Shown here piece after piece: positions 25,440 to 33,861 of a stretch of 38,914 nucleotides of DNA; the first letter of the stretch is position 1; the number at the start of each line of letters is the position of its first letter. This DNA is from Clostridiales bacterium (lineage in GTDB: Bacteria; Bacillota; Clostridia; Christensenellales; CAG-138): the NCBI GenBank assembly GCA_031270585.1, contig JAISXK010000029.1:1-38914 (forward strand), written 5' to 3'. The notes below the pieces were generated by a model, which saw nothing but the letters and a program-made list of their open reading frames with translations, did no database searches and was not told the DNA's origin. A program made the position numbers and the translations under genes.

Positions 25440-26780
25440 CTAAATGATCCTCCTGCATTCCATGTAATAACGTTTTTCGTTGGCTTCGCCCATAGAAAAC
25501 GTTTTGCGGGGCAAAGCGCCATCATAAACCACGGTTTTAAACAGCGCGGATTTTTGCATGGAGGGCAGCAAAAACCCAATGGCGCCGGGTTGCCCGGCCA
25601 GGTTTTTCATAACGAACTCCCCATGGATATAATCCACCTCGCCGGGGGCTTGCACCACGGCGTCTATTGCGCTTTGCAGCGTGCCCACGGCAAGCTGCCG
25701 GGCGGGACGGTCTACGCGTATAAACCCGCAACGCTCCCCGGTATAAAACGGCAGTATATGCGCGGAGGACATATCGCCCTTTGCGCTTTCCGCAGCGGCG
25801 CTGCACAGATCGCTATTTTGGCAATACGTAAGCGTGGCGCCGCCGTTTTCCGCCTGCATGCGGGCGGTGATGGCCCGCAGGGTTTCTTCCGGCCGGACGC
25901 GCAGCAGTATGCGGTGGATGGGCTCGAACTCTATGCCGTCGTCGTGCACGTTTTCAATTTCCACCAGCGCGTAGCGCGCGGGGTGGTCGTTTAGGGCAGT
26001 ATGCGGCAACGTTTTTTTGATATTCTCCCAGACGGTTTTCGCTGTGGCGAACGAATGGTTGCCGTCGCCCATGGCAAACAGCAGCGGAGCCTGCCCCGCC
26101 CCATACCGCGCGGCAAAGGCGTCTTTATCCGCAAGGGCTTCAAGCGCCGCTATCACGGCCTCAATACGCGCCGTATCGTCCACCAGATACCCCGTTACAC
26201 GCCCGCCCCGCTGCATCAAATCGGTATCGTACAGCACGCGCGGCTGCCCTGCGGCGTATAGCGGTTCGATCACCGTGCGGCCGGGGTCGTCTATGAGCAC
26301 GAGTATGTGCGGTAATTCTATCGGCGCCCCTTCGCGTATGCGAAGCCGGGGCGGTATGCGCTCCACCACGGTGCCCTCCGTGGCGCGTATAAGCGTTTTC
26401 GCGCCCTTTTGAAAATCGTAACGCTCCAGATCCAGCGCCAGCATAAGGCCCAGCCGTTCTTTTTTGGATACGCGGCGGCGCACCAGTATAAAGCCCTGCG
26501 GCAAATTTTCAAGCAAGCCTTCGTCCAAATACGATTGCATTGTGCGTTTCACCCGCGCGATGCGCTCGGTTTCTCCCGGTTTGTTGAGGTACGCTTCGGG
26601 CAAAATAAGCTTGAGCGCGGAGGGCGCTTCGCCCACGATCCGCCCGGTTTCTTCCCAATATTCCGTCTGGGCGGTATACTGGTCGCAGGCGACCACCGCC
26701 CACTTGTATAAATCCACGCCCTCTTTGGGCAGCAATACGGACGGCACCTGCACGCCTATCGTATTTTCATACCGTTTCAT
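25440..26780 (-). CDS. DUF1015-family protein (function unknown)
   Basis: 446 aa with a GGGAGG SD. I assign it to DUF1015/COG4198 by recollection of the family, which is often found next to serA. The assignment needs an HMM check. Confidence 0.6.
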   Translation of the reverse strand: MKRYENTIGVQVPSVLLPKEGVDLYKWAVVACDQYTAQTEYWEETGRIVGEAPSALKLILPEAYLNKPGETERIARVKRTMQSYLDEGLLENLPQGFILVRRRVSKKERLGLMLALDLERYDFQKGAKTLIRATEGTVVERIPPRLRIREGAPIELPHILVLIDDPGRTVIEPLYAAGQPRVLYDTDLMQRGGRVTGYLVDDTARIEAVIAALEALADKDAFAARYGAGQAPLLFAMGDGNHSFATAKTVWENIKKTLPHTALNDHPARYALVEIENVHDDGIEFEPIHRILLRVRPEETLRAITARMQAENGGATLTYCQNSDLCSAAAESAKGDMSSAHILPFYTGERCGFIRVDRPARQLAVGTLQSAIDAVVQAPGEVDYIHGEFVMKNLAGQPGAIGFLLPSMQKSALFKTVVYDGALPRKTFSMGEANEKRYYMECRRII

Positions 26781-26874
26781 GACCGCGCCTCCCTTATTTT
26801 TATTTTATCTGTTTTGCCTTTATTACCATCTCTATCCCTCTGCCGTATGGCACGCGTTGCCCAATTGCGCAATT

Positions 26875-28056
26875 TTACCCTTCCGCGTTGCCGTTGGTAT
26901 TGATGGTGCGTATACGTATCACGCCGTCTATAGCCTGTATTTTCGCCGTAACGGCCTCGGGCAGGGCGTCATCCAGATCCATCAGCGTGTAGGCTATCTC
27001 GTTGCGGCTGGCGTTGATCATGTTGGCAATATTGCCGTTGGCCGCCGCCACGGCGCTTGATATTTGCCCCACCATATTTTTGGCGTTTTTGTGCAGCGCG
27101 CAAAGCCTGTAACTGCCGGTGGGCGTCATGCCGCACTGCGGCATGTTTACGCTGTTCTGTATATTGCCGTAACGCAGGTAAGCGTCAAGCTCTTTTGCCG
27201 CCATGCGCGCGCAGTTCTCTTCGCTTTCGGGGGTTGTGGCGCCAAGATGCGGCACGCATACAACGCCCTTGCGGTTTAAAAGCTCCTCCGTTGGAAAATC
27301 GGTGACGTATTTTTTAACGACGCCCTTCTCAATGGCCGCAAGCAGCGCCGCGTTATCCACCAATTCGCCGCGGGCAAGGTTGAGTACAATGGCGCCGGGC
27401 TTCATGATGGAAAACGCGCGCCAGTTGAGGAAATGGCGGGTTTTTTCCATCAAAGGGATATGCACGCTCACATAATCGCATTGCGGCAGTATCTCTTCAA
27501 GCGAGTTGCCGCGGTGTATGGCGCGCGAAAGGCCCCACGCATGCTCTATGGATACATACGGGTCGTAGCCAATGACACGCATGCCTATGGCGTGCGCGTC
27601 GTTTGCCACCATCACGCCAATGGCGCCAAGCCCTATAACCGCCAGCGTTTTTCCGGCAAGCTCATGGCCTAGAAACCTGCGCTTGCCCTGCTCTACCTGC
27701 AAGGGGATATCCGCGCCCGTGAGCTTGTTTACCCATTCCACGCCCTCTATCACGTTGCGCGAAACCATGAGCATGCAACACAGCGCCAGCTCGTTTACAG
27801 CGTTGGCGTTGGCGCCGGGGGTGTTAAACACAGCGATGCCGGCCCTGGCGCAACGCTCCAGCGGGATGTTGTTGACGCCGGCGCCCGCGCGGGCGATGGC
27901 TAAAAGCTCCGGCCCAAATTCCATATCACGGCAGTCTGCGCTGCGCACCAGTATGCCCACGGGCGACGCGGCGTCGCCGGATACGGCGTAGCGCGCGGGC
28001 TCTAAATAGTCGAATATCGAGTCGGCGATGGGGTTGAGTGTGCGGATGTTCATCAT
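26875..28056 (-). CDS. serA: D-3-phosphoglycerate dehydrogenase (2-hydroxyacid dehydrogenase + ACT domain)
   Basis: The NAD fold is GKTLAVIGLGAIGVMVA. The catalytic region reads LARGELVD...HLGATT. A C-terminal ACT-like domain is present. Confidence 0.85.
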   Translation of the reverse strand: MMNIRTLNPIADSIFDYLEPARYAVSGDAASPVGILVRSADCRDMEFGPELLAIARAGAGVNNIPLERCARAGIAVFNTPGANANAVNELALCCMLMVSRNVIEGVEWVNKLTGADIPLQVEQGKRRFLGHELAGKTLAVIGLGAIGVMVANDAHAIGMRVIGYDPYVSIEHAWGLSRAIHRGNSLEEILPQCDYVSVHIPLMEKTRHFLNWRAFSIMKPGAIVLNLARGELVDNAALLAAIEKGVVKKYVTDFPTEELLNRKGVVCVPHLGATTPESEENCARMAAKELDAYLRYGNIQNSVNMPQCGMTPTGSYRLCALHKNAKNMVGQISSAVAAANGNIANMINASRNEIAYTLMDLDDALPEAVTAKIQAIDGVIRIRTINTNGNAEG

Positions 28057-28162
28057 GGCGGGTTTGTGTGCCTTTCAAAATTTATATTACGCGCGCCTGT
28101 TGGCGGCGCGTATGTATCATCATAGTATAGCCGGCCCGTTTCCGGAAAAAACCCGGCCCCCT

Positions 28163-28191
28163 ATTATACCGTTTAAAAAGCAATTGCGCAA
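28163..28191 (-). promoter_or_regulatory. Sigma-70-type promoter for the serA operon
   Basis: On the minus strand: TTGCGC (28191-28186), a 17-nt spacer, then TATAAT (28168-28163). Confidence 0.5.
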
Positions 28192-28311
28192 GGCGGGCCG
28201 CCGGACCGGGGCCTGCGCCGGGGACTGTGTCGGGGCTCGCTCGCTGTCACCCATTTTCCCCCCGCTTCATACATTAAAAGCAGGGTTGGCATAAGGCGGG
28301 GTGATCTAAAA

Positions 28312-28968
28312 GTGGTCTATGTTTTTGATTTTTCAAATGGCGAATGGATTATGAAGGACGCCGCGCCCGGCGACCCCATGCCCGGCACCTGCCGCCACAG
28401 TATATCCGTAGCGGAATTTTTGGGGCCTTGCCGCACGGATATATGCTGGAGCGACCTTGGCGCGCTCAAGGCGCTGCAAAAATTGCAGGATTACGGCACG
28501 CCTGCGGATACGCGGGTGCGCTACGCCTTTCGCCGCGCGGCGGATGGCGCGCACAAGGGCCAGTCGGCCCATTATGCGGGGCTGGCGTTTGATGTGGGCA
28601 AGCGCCTCACCACCCGTGAGCAGACGCGCCTGATGCGGATAGCTTTGGAGCGCTGCGGCTTTGACAGGGTGGAACCCCCGTATTCCACCCCCGGCTGGCT
28701 GCATGTGGAAAAGCGTGTCGCGCCGCCCGCGAGTATGCTGGGCGAATATCCCACGCTGCGCGAACGTGACAAGGGCGTGCATGTGCTGCTGCTACAGGAT
28801 GTTTTATCGCTGCACGGGTTTTATAAAGGTATGCTGACGGGCGTATTTTCGCCCGCCACGGCAAGCGAGCTCATGCGGTTTCAAAAGGAAGGGCATATGG
28901 GCATCACCGGCATTGCGGATGGCGAAACCTGGCACGCGCTTATGCAAACGCCGGGTAAACGCTCATAA
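28312..28968 (+). CDS. Zn peptidase M15 (VanY/LAS-fold) fused to a PG_binding_1 domain; no signal peptide visible
   Basis: SAHYAGLAFD fits the SxHxxGxAxD motif, and WLHVEK supplies the third His ligand. The C-terminal peptidoglycan-binding repeat reads GVHVLLLQDVLSLHGFYKG...GVFSPATASELMRFQKEGHMGITGIADGETW. The start is uncertain (GTG at 28312 or ATG at 28351). Confidence 0.7.
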   Translation: MVYVFDFSNGEWIMKDAAPGDPMPGTCRHSISVAEFLGPCRTDICWSDLGALKALQKLQDYGTPADTRVRYAFRRAADGAHKGQSAHYAGLAFDVGKRLTTREQTRLMRIALERCGFDRVEPPYSTPGWLHVEKRVAPPASMLGEYPTLRERDKGVHVLLLQDVLSLHGFYKGMLTGVFSPATASELMRFQKEGHMGITGIADGETWHALMQTPGKRS

Positions 28969-29010
28969 AGGGCATTGCACAAAACGGGGTTCAGGAGCCG
29001 GTAAGCAGAG

Positions 29011-29036
29011 CGGCCGGTTTTTAACGGCCGGTTTTA
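29011..29036 (+). terminator. Putative terminator after the M15 peptidase gene
   Basis: CGGCCG (29011-29016) can pair with CGGCCG (29025-29030). The hairpin is followed by GTTTT. Confidence 0.4.
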
Positions 29037-29055
29037 CAAAAAGCGCCTTTACATG

Positions 29056-29100
29056 AAGCATAGTACGCCAATCCGGGTTTAATATTGGCGTACGATGCTT
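29056..29100. repeat. Inverted pair of the 15-nt motif (45-nt palindromic unit)
   Basis: AAGCATAGTACGCCA (29056-29070), 15 nt, then TGGCGTACGATGCTT (29086-29100). The second arm is the reverse complement with one mismatch. The right arm overlaps the murI stop codon. Confidence 0.8.
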
Positions 29101-29890
29101 ATTCCAATTCTAATTTTTGTTGTAACAGGAACCGGAAGAGGGGCTCGGTTTTTTCCGGCCGGCCGCTCGTGAAGAACGATACGCCGCCGTTTCCGTCGCC
29201 GTTAAAAAGGCCGTGCCGCCGCAGCGACGCTTTCAGGCGTTGCGCCGCCAGCTTTGATCCGTCAAAAAAGCGCGGCGCGCCCTGAAAGTGCGCCCGCGCA
29301 TAGCGCGCAATCTGTTTTTGTATAAAGGGGTAATGCGTGCAGCCCAGCACAATGCCGCGCACATCAAGCCCTTCGTAGGGGCGCAGCACGGTTAAAAGCA
29401 GGTCGTCATAGCCGTCCATATCGAATATGCCAAGCTCAATGCGCTCCACAAACGCCTTGGGGCAGGGTACATCGTGTACGCGCGCGGGCTCTTTGAGTTC
29501 CCCGCGCAGCGCCCGGTAACGCTCCTGGCGCACGGTGGCTTCAGTGGCCATCGCCAATATATGTCCCGCGGGCAGCTTGGCTTCCGCCCTGCATATGGCA
29601 GGCTCTATACCCACCACCGGCATGGGCAGCGCCTGCCGCAACAGATGCAACGCGGAGGATGTGGCCGTATTGCAGGCGACAAGCAGCGCCTTTACGTCAC
29701 GCGAAAGCATGACGCGCCCGCAGTTTTGCGCAAGCGCTTGTATCTCTTGCGTGCTGCGGCTGCCATAGGGGCCGTTGCCGCAATCGCTGTAGTATATATA
29801 GTTTTCGCGCGGCAGGGCTTTTAGCACTTCTATGAGCGTTGAAGCGCCGCCCAGGCCGCTGTCCAGCACGCCGACGGGGCGTTTATCCAT
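29099..29890 (-). CDS. murI: Glutamate racemase
   Basis: MDKRPVGVLDSGLGGAST... is followed by the catalytic motifs ACNTA and GCTHYP. GGAGG lies 10 nt before the ATG at 29890, which favours M4 of the track ORF as the start. Confidence 0.9.
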   Translation of the reverse strand: MDKRPVGVLDSGLGGASTLIEVLKALPRENYIYYSDCGNGPYGSRSTQEIQALAQNCGRVMLSRDVKALLVACNTATSSALHLLRQALPMPVVGIEPAICRAEAKLPAGHILAMATEATVRQERYRALRGELKEPARVHDVPCPKAFVERIELGIFDMDGYDDLLLTVLRPYEGLDVRGIVLGCTHYPFIQKQIARYARAHFQGAPRFFDGSKLAAQRLKASLRRHGLFNGDGNGGVSFFTSGRPEKTEPLFRFLLQQKLELE

Positions 29891-29925
29891 AAAAAGCATA
29901 CCTCCGGGGAGATCGCGGGGTGAAT

Positions 29926-31002
29926 TTATTTTTTGCTCCAGTCGATCTTCTTTAATTGCTCTTCGCCGCGCAATACGCGCAGGCCGCCTTCGGCCAGCGC
30001 TTCCATTTCATATTCGCCGGCGATCACTATTACGGGCGCAATCCAATCCACATATTCCGTAAGGCGGTCGGTCAGCTTTTTGGAGTGGGCAATGCCGCCT
30101 GTCAGTATAATGCGATCCACCTTGCCAAACACCACCGTCGCCAGGTCGCCAATGTTTTTCGCGATGCCGTTTATAAAGGCTTCCCACACCAGGGCGGCGT
30201 ATTCGTCGCCGGCGTCTATGCGGCGCTGCACCTCAAGCATGTCGGACGTGCCCAATAGCGCGCGAAAACCGGCGTTGCCGCGCACCTTGTTCATCATCTC
30301 CTGAAAATTGTATTTGCCGGAATAGCACATGCGCACCAATTCCAGCGCCTGTATGCGGCCGCACCGCTCGGGGCAGATGGCGCCGTCGTCGTCGCTGTAT
30401 AAATCGGGGGATACGCCCTTGTCGATCAGCCACACGCTGCAACCGCCGCCCAGGTGGGCCACGATGAATGTGCACGCCTCCACGGGCTTACGCATAACCT
30501 CTTTGGCGCAGCGCCTGGCCACGGCGTGCGTGTTAAGCGCGTGGCCGCGGCTTACCTTCGGCACATCCGGCATGCCGGTGATGCGCGCCACAGGCGAGAG
30601 CTCGTCCACGCTCACAGGATCGTAAATATAGGCGGGTATATGGAGCCTCGCCGCGATATCGTAGGCGATGATGGCGGCGATGTTGCTGATATGCGATCCC
30701 TCGCGCAGGCCGCTTAAAAAATCCACCATGGTTTTATCGACGGCGAACGCGCCCGTGGGCACCGGCGGCACCTGCCCGCCGCGCGCCATAACGCATGTAA
30801 GCGTGCTGCTATCGATATGCTGGTCTTTTAGACAATTGAGTATAAACTCCTTGCGGTATTCCGCCTGATCCACCACCCAGGTAAACCGTGTGAGTTCAGC
30901 GTCGGGGTGGCGCAGCGTTTCGTTCAATATCTTTTTTTCATCTTCAAACACCGCGATCTTGGTGGAGGTGCTGCCGGGATTGATTACCAGTATTTTTTCC
31001 AT
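29926..31002 (-). CDS. buk: Butyrate kinase
   Basis: MEKILVINPGSTSTKIAVFEDEK... The protein is 358 aa and lies immediately downstream of ptb. Confidence 0.9.
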   Translation of the reverse strand: MEKILVINPGSTSTKIAVFEDEKKILNETLRHPDAELTRFTWVVDQAEYRKEFILNCLKDQHIDSSTLTCVMARGGQVPPVPTGAFAVDKTMVDFLSGLREGSHISNIAAIIAYDIAARLHIPAYIYDPVSVDELSPVARITGMPDVPKVSRGHALNTHAVARRCAKEVMRKPVEACTFIVAHLGGGCSVWLIDKGVSPDLYSDDDGAICPERCGRIQALELVRMCYSGKYNFQEMMNKVRGNAGFRALLGTSDMLEVQRRIDAGDEYAALVWEAFINGIAKNIGDLATVVFGKVDRIILTGGIAHSKKLTDRLTEYVDWIAPVIVIAGEYEMEALAEGGLRVLRGEEQLKKIDWSKK

Positions 31003-31014
31003 GATACGCCTCCT

Positions 31015-31908
31015 TTATACGCAGCCCGCGCCCAGCGCCAGCGAAAAGTATTTTTCATCCGCAGATGATCCGCGCGACGTTAATACAATGGGCACCTTGC
31101 AGCCCAGCACCAGTCCCGCCATGCGGCCGCCGGCGGTGTACACCAGGCATTTGCCAAGGATATTGCCCGCCGTAATTTCCGGTACAAGCAGTATATCAAA
31201 ATCACCCGTGACGGGGCTGCTGTAGCCCTTCACCGGCGAAAGCTGCGGCACCATGGCAAGGTCGTAGGATATGGGGCCCTCTATATAGCAGTCGCCGAAC
31301 ACGCCCTTTTCCGATAGCTCCTTGAGCGCGGCGGCATCCACGGTTTCGGGCATTTTGGGGTTGACCTTTTCTATGGCGCACAGGGCCGCCACATGGGGTC
31401 TTATATAGCCCAGGCTATGGAAAAAGCCGACGGCATTTTCAACGATTTGCTTTTTCTGTTCCAGATCGGGATACGTAACCATGCCGCCATCCGTCACGGC
31501 TAAAAGCTTTGGATACTTGGGCATTTCGGTGAGTTGTATATGGCTCATCAGCCCGCCCTTGCGCAGACCGCTTTCGGGCTTTAACACGCCTTTGAGCATA
31601 TCGCCGGTCATAAGCTTGCCCTTCATCAAAAAATCTGCCCGGCCCGCGTGAATAAGGCCCGCCGCGCAAACGGAAGGATGCGTGTCCCCTTCGGGCTCCA
31701 CAATTTCATAATCCGCAGGGTTTTTACCAAGGGAAGTGAGCACGGGCGCAATCTTCTCTTTGCTGCCCACGAGTATGGCGTTTACGATATCGCCGGCGTG
31801 TATCACGGCCTGCAACGCGTGCTCGTCGTGCGCTTCCACCAGCGCCACGGTGCGTTTGCGGCCGCCCTTTACTTTGTCAATCAGCTCTTGAAAATTCCGT
31901 ATCGGCAT
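31015..31908 (-). CDS. ptb: Phosphate butyryltransferase
   Basis: The PTA_PTB fold is about 300 aa and the gene is paired with buk. AAGGAG followed by 10 nt then ATG favours the start at 31908 (M8 of the track ORF 31015..31929). Confidence 0.85.
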   Translation of the reverse strand: MPIRNFQELIDKVKGGRKRTVALVEAHDEHALQAVIHAGDIVNAILVGSKEKIAPVLTSLGKNPADYEIVEPEGDTHPSVCAAGLIHAGRADFLMKGKLMTGDMLKGVLKPESGLRKGGLMSHIQLTEMPKYPKLLAVTDGGMVTYPDLEQKKQIVENAVGFFHSLGYIRPHVAALCAIEKVNPKMPETVDAAALKELSEKGVFGDCYIEGPISYDLAMVPQLSPVKGYSSPVTGDFDILLVPEITAGNILGKCLVYTAGGRMAGLVLGCKVPIVLTSRGSSADEKYFSLALGAGCV

Positions 31909-32103
31909 ACTTGTACAACTCCTTTTCATACTATTCTCAATGGGGATCGCAACGGAAACCGCACATGTGCCGCCATGCGGTAACCGAGGATGGTTTCATG
32001 ATACCCAATTGGCACAGGCAACGCAATAAACTTACATGTTGTACATAATATATTTGCGCAAGCGCCTTTTGCGTTTAAAGGCCCGGGCACAGCGCGCTGG
32101 AGC

Positions 32104-33504
32104 TTATTGCGCGGGCTTTATAAATTTGCCGCCGGGCTTGCCGATAATTTGGCCGTCCTTTGCGACGGTGCGTCCGCGCAGTATGGTCTGTACCGCCTTG
32201 CCGCGCAGCTTCCATCCGTCATAGGGCGAAAGCTTTGTGCGTGAATGCAGTTCTTCCTGGTGGAATGTGTAGCTCCTGTTCATATCCACAATCACGATAT
32301 CGGCATCGGCGCCCACCAATAGCGCGCCCTTTTGCGGATATGTGCCGTAAAGCTTCGCCGGCGTCATACTCATCACGTCGGATAGCTTGTTGAGCGTCAG
32401 CTTGCCCGCGTTTACGGCGTTGAGCATGATCATGCTCATGGTTTCCACCGTGGCCATGCCTGCCGGCACCTCCCACAGCGGCTTTTGTTTTTCTTCGAGC
32501 GCATGCGGCGCGTGGTCCGAGCAAACGTGCGCCAGCACGCCCTCGTTAAGCCCCCGCCATAATAAATCCTGGTCATACTGCGTGCGCACGGGCGGGTACC
32601 CCTTCATCAGCGCGCCAAGCGTTATGGCGTTTTGGTCTGTCAGCGCCAGGTAATGCGGGCATGTCTCCGCCGTTACATAGAGTCCTTCCCGCTGCGCGCG
32701 CCTGACGAGAGCCACGCCGTCGCCCGCAGCCAGATGCAGTATATGCAGACGCGTATGCACCTCGCGCGCAATGTTGATGGCCGTTTCGATGATGGTGGTT
32801 TCGCTCATGCTGGGGCGCGCGCGCAGCATGGCGGCGTAGCTTGTGTCGCCGGTAGCCTTGACCTCCTCCGTGAGGGTTTTGATGATGTCGAAGTTTTCCG
32901 CGTGGATACCCACGATCTTGCCGGTTTTCGCCACCTCGCGGAATATTTTATATACCTCGCCTTCGTCCAGAGGGGGTATCACATCCTTCATGCTTTCGTC
33001 GTAATTGTAAATCAGCTGGTAGGTTTTCGCGTCGATAGCGTATCCCCAGAAGAATTTAAAGCCGATTACGCCGGCTTCGCGCAATGCCATCAACTCGCTG
33101 TTGTTCAGACCGCCCAGGCAAAGGCCCCACACCGCAAAATCCACATGCGCCTTGGGGGTAATGCAGTCCACCAGTTTATTTAAATTTTCTACATTGTATA
33201 CGGCGGGGTTGCAGTTGGGCATTTCATACATGGTGGTGACGCCGCCCGCCGCCGCCGCCGCCGAGGAATGCGAAAAATCCTCTTTATAGTGCGCGCCGTT
33301 ATACCCGTCTCTCGAGTGCGTGTGCGTATCGATAAAGCCCGCCATCACATGCTTGCCCGCAGCGTCGGTTACCTCTTCGGCGTCGCCCCCAAGCGCCCAA
33401 GCGCTGATGGCGGCGATTTTGCCGTCCTTCACGTATATGTTGCCTTTGTAGCTTTCGTTGGGCGTAACGATTGTGCCGTTTTTGATTACATGATCCCAGT
33501 TCAT
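32104..33504 (-). CDS. Cyclic amidohydrolase (dihydropyrimidinase/allantoinase/hydantoinase family)
   Basis: 466 aa. The N-terminal beta-sandwich reads IKNGTIVTP...IYVKDGKIAAI. The HxH motif is DTHTHS. GFKFF fits the carbamylated-Lys context, and later metal ligands lie in HAEN and CSDHAP. Substrate cannot be called from sequence. Confidence 0.7.
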   Translation of the reverse strand: MNWDHVIKNGTIVTPNESYKGNIYVKDGKIAAISAWALGGDAEEVTDAAGKHVMAGFIDTHTHSRDGYNGAHYKEDFSHSSAAAAAGGVTTMYEMPNCNPAVYNVENLNKLVDCITPKAHVDFAVWGLCLGGLNNSELMALREAGVIGFKFFWGYAIDAKTYQLIYNYDESMKDVIPPLDEGEVYKIFREVAKTGKIVGIHAENFDIIKTLTEEVKATGDTSYAAMLRARPSMSETTIIETAINIAREVHTRLHILHLAAGDGVALVRRAQREGLYVTAETCPHYLALTDQNAITLGALMKGYPPVRTQYDQDLLWRGLNEGVLAHVCSDHAPHALEEKQKPLWEVPAGMATVETMSMIMLNAVNAGKLTLNKLSDVMSMTPAKLYGTYPQKGALLVGADADIVIVDMNRSYTFHQEELHSRTKLSPYDGWKLRGKAVQTILRGRTVAKDGQIIGKPGGKFIKPAQ

Positions 33505-33743
33505 AGTATGCCTCCCTTATAGTGTATAGTTGCGCCGCGTATGGTGAAAAGGTATGAAAAATGGCTGCCCGGCCAAAACATCGTACGCTATGCTTTAGCT
33601 ATATGCGCGCCATACTTAAGCGCGCGCTTTGGCCATCACTACAAAGTATAACAGCATATTATAAAGCTGCAAATAGCGCCTTTGCCATGAACCGCTTCAA
33701 TTTACGGGGCGTTACGCTATTTTAGCGTGATATGATATATTAT

Positions 33744-33772
33744 TTGCCGTTTGCGCATGCCGGGAGTATAAT
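33744..33772 (+). promoter_or_regulatory. Sigma-70-type promoter for the AEC transporter gene
   Basis: TTGCCG (33744-33749), a 17-nt spacer, then TATAAT (33767-33772). Confidence 0.5.
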
Positions 33773-33861
33773 GGTGGCGCCGTTTGTACTATACGAACGA
33801 ATTTTTAGGCGCAGCGCGCTATGCTTATGCGTGTTTTATTCGCCCTTAAGGAGTAAATAGT

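Noticed and set aside
25424-25579. 52-codon N-terminal extension of the aspartate kinase ORF (track start 25579)
   Set aside because: The extension overlaps the end of the DUF1015 gene and is Cys/Pro/Trp-rich. The canonical MKLKVVKFGGSS start at 25423 has its own GGGGGA SD.
28057-28162. Possible T-box or other riboswitch in the serA leader
   Set aside because: No GGTGGNACCGCG T-box core and no specifier-loop architecture is present. Only short GC hairpins are seen.
33541-33651. 36-codon ORF (MVKRYEKWLPGQNIVRYALAICAPYLSARFGHHYKV) in the 357-nt intergenic region
   Set aside because: It has no SD and overlaps a degenerate copy of the intergenic repeat. There is no supporting evidence that it is coding.
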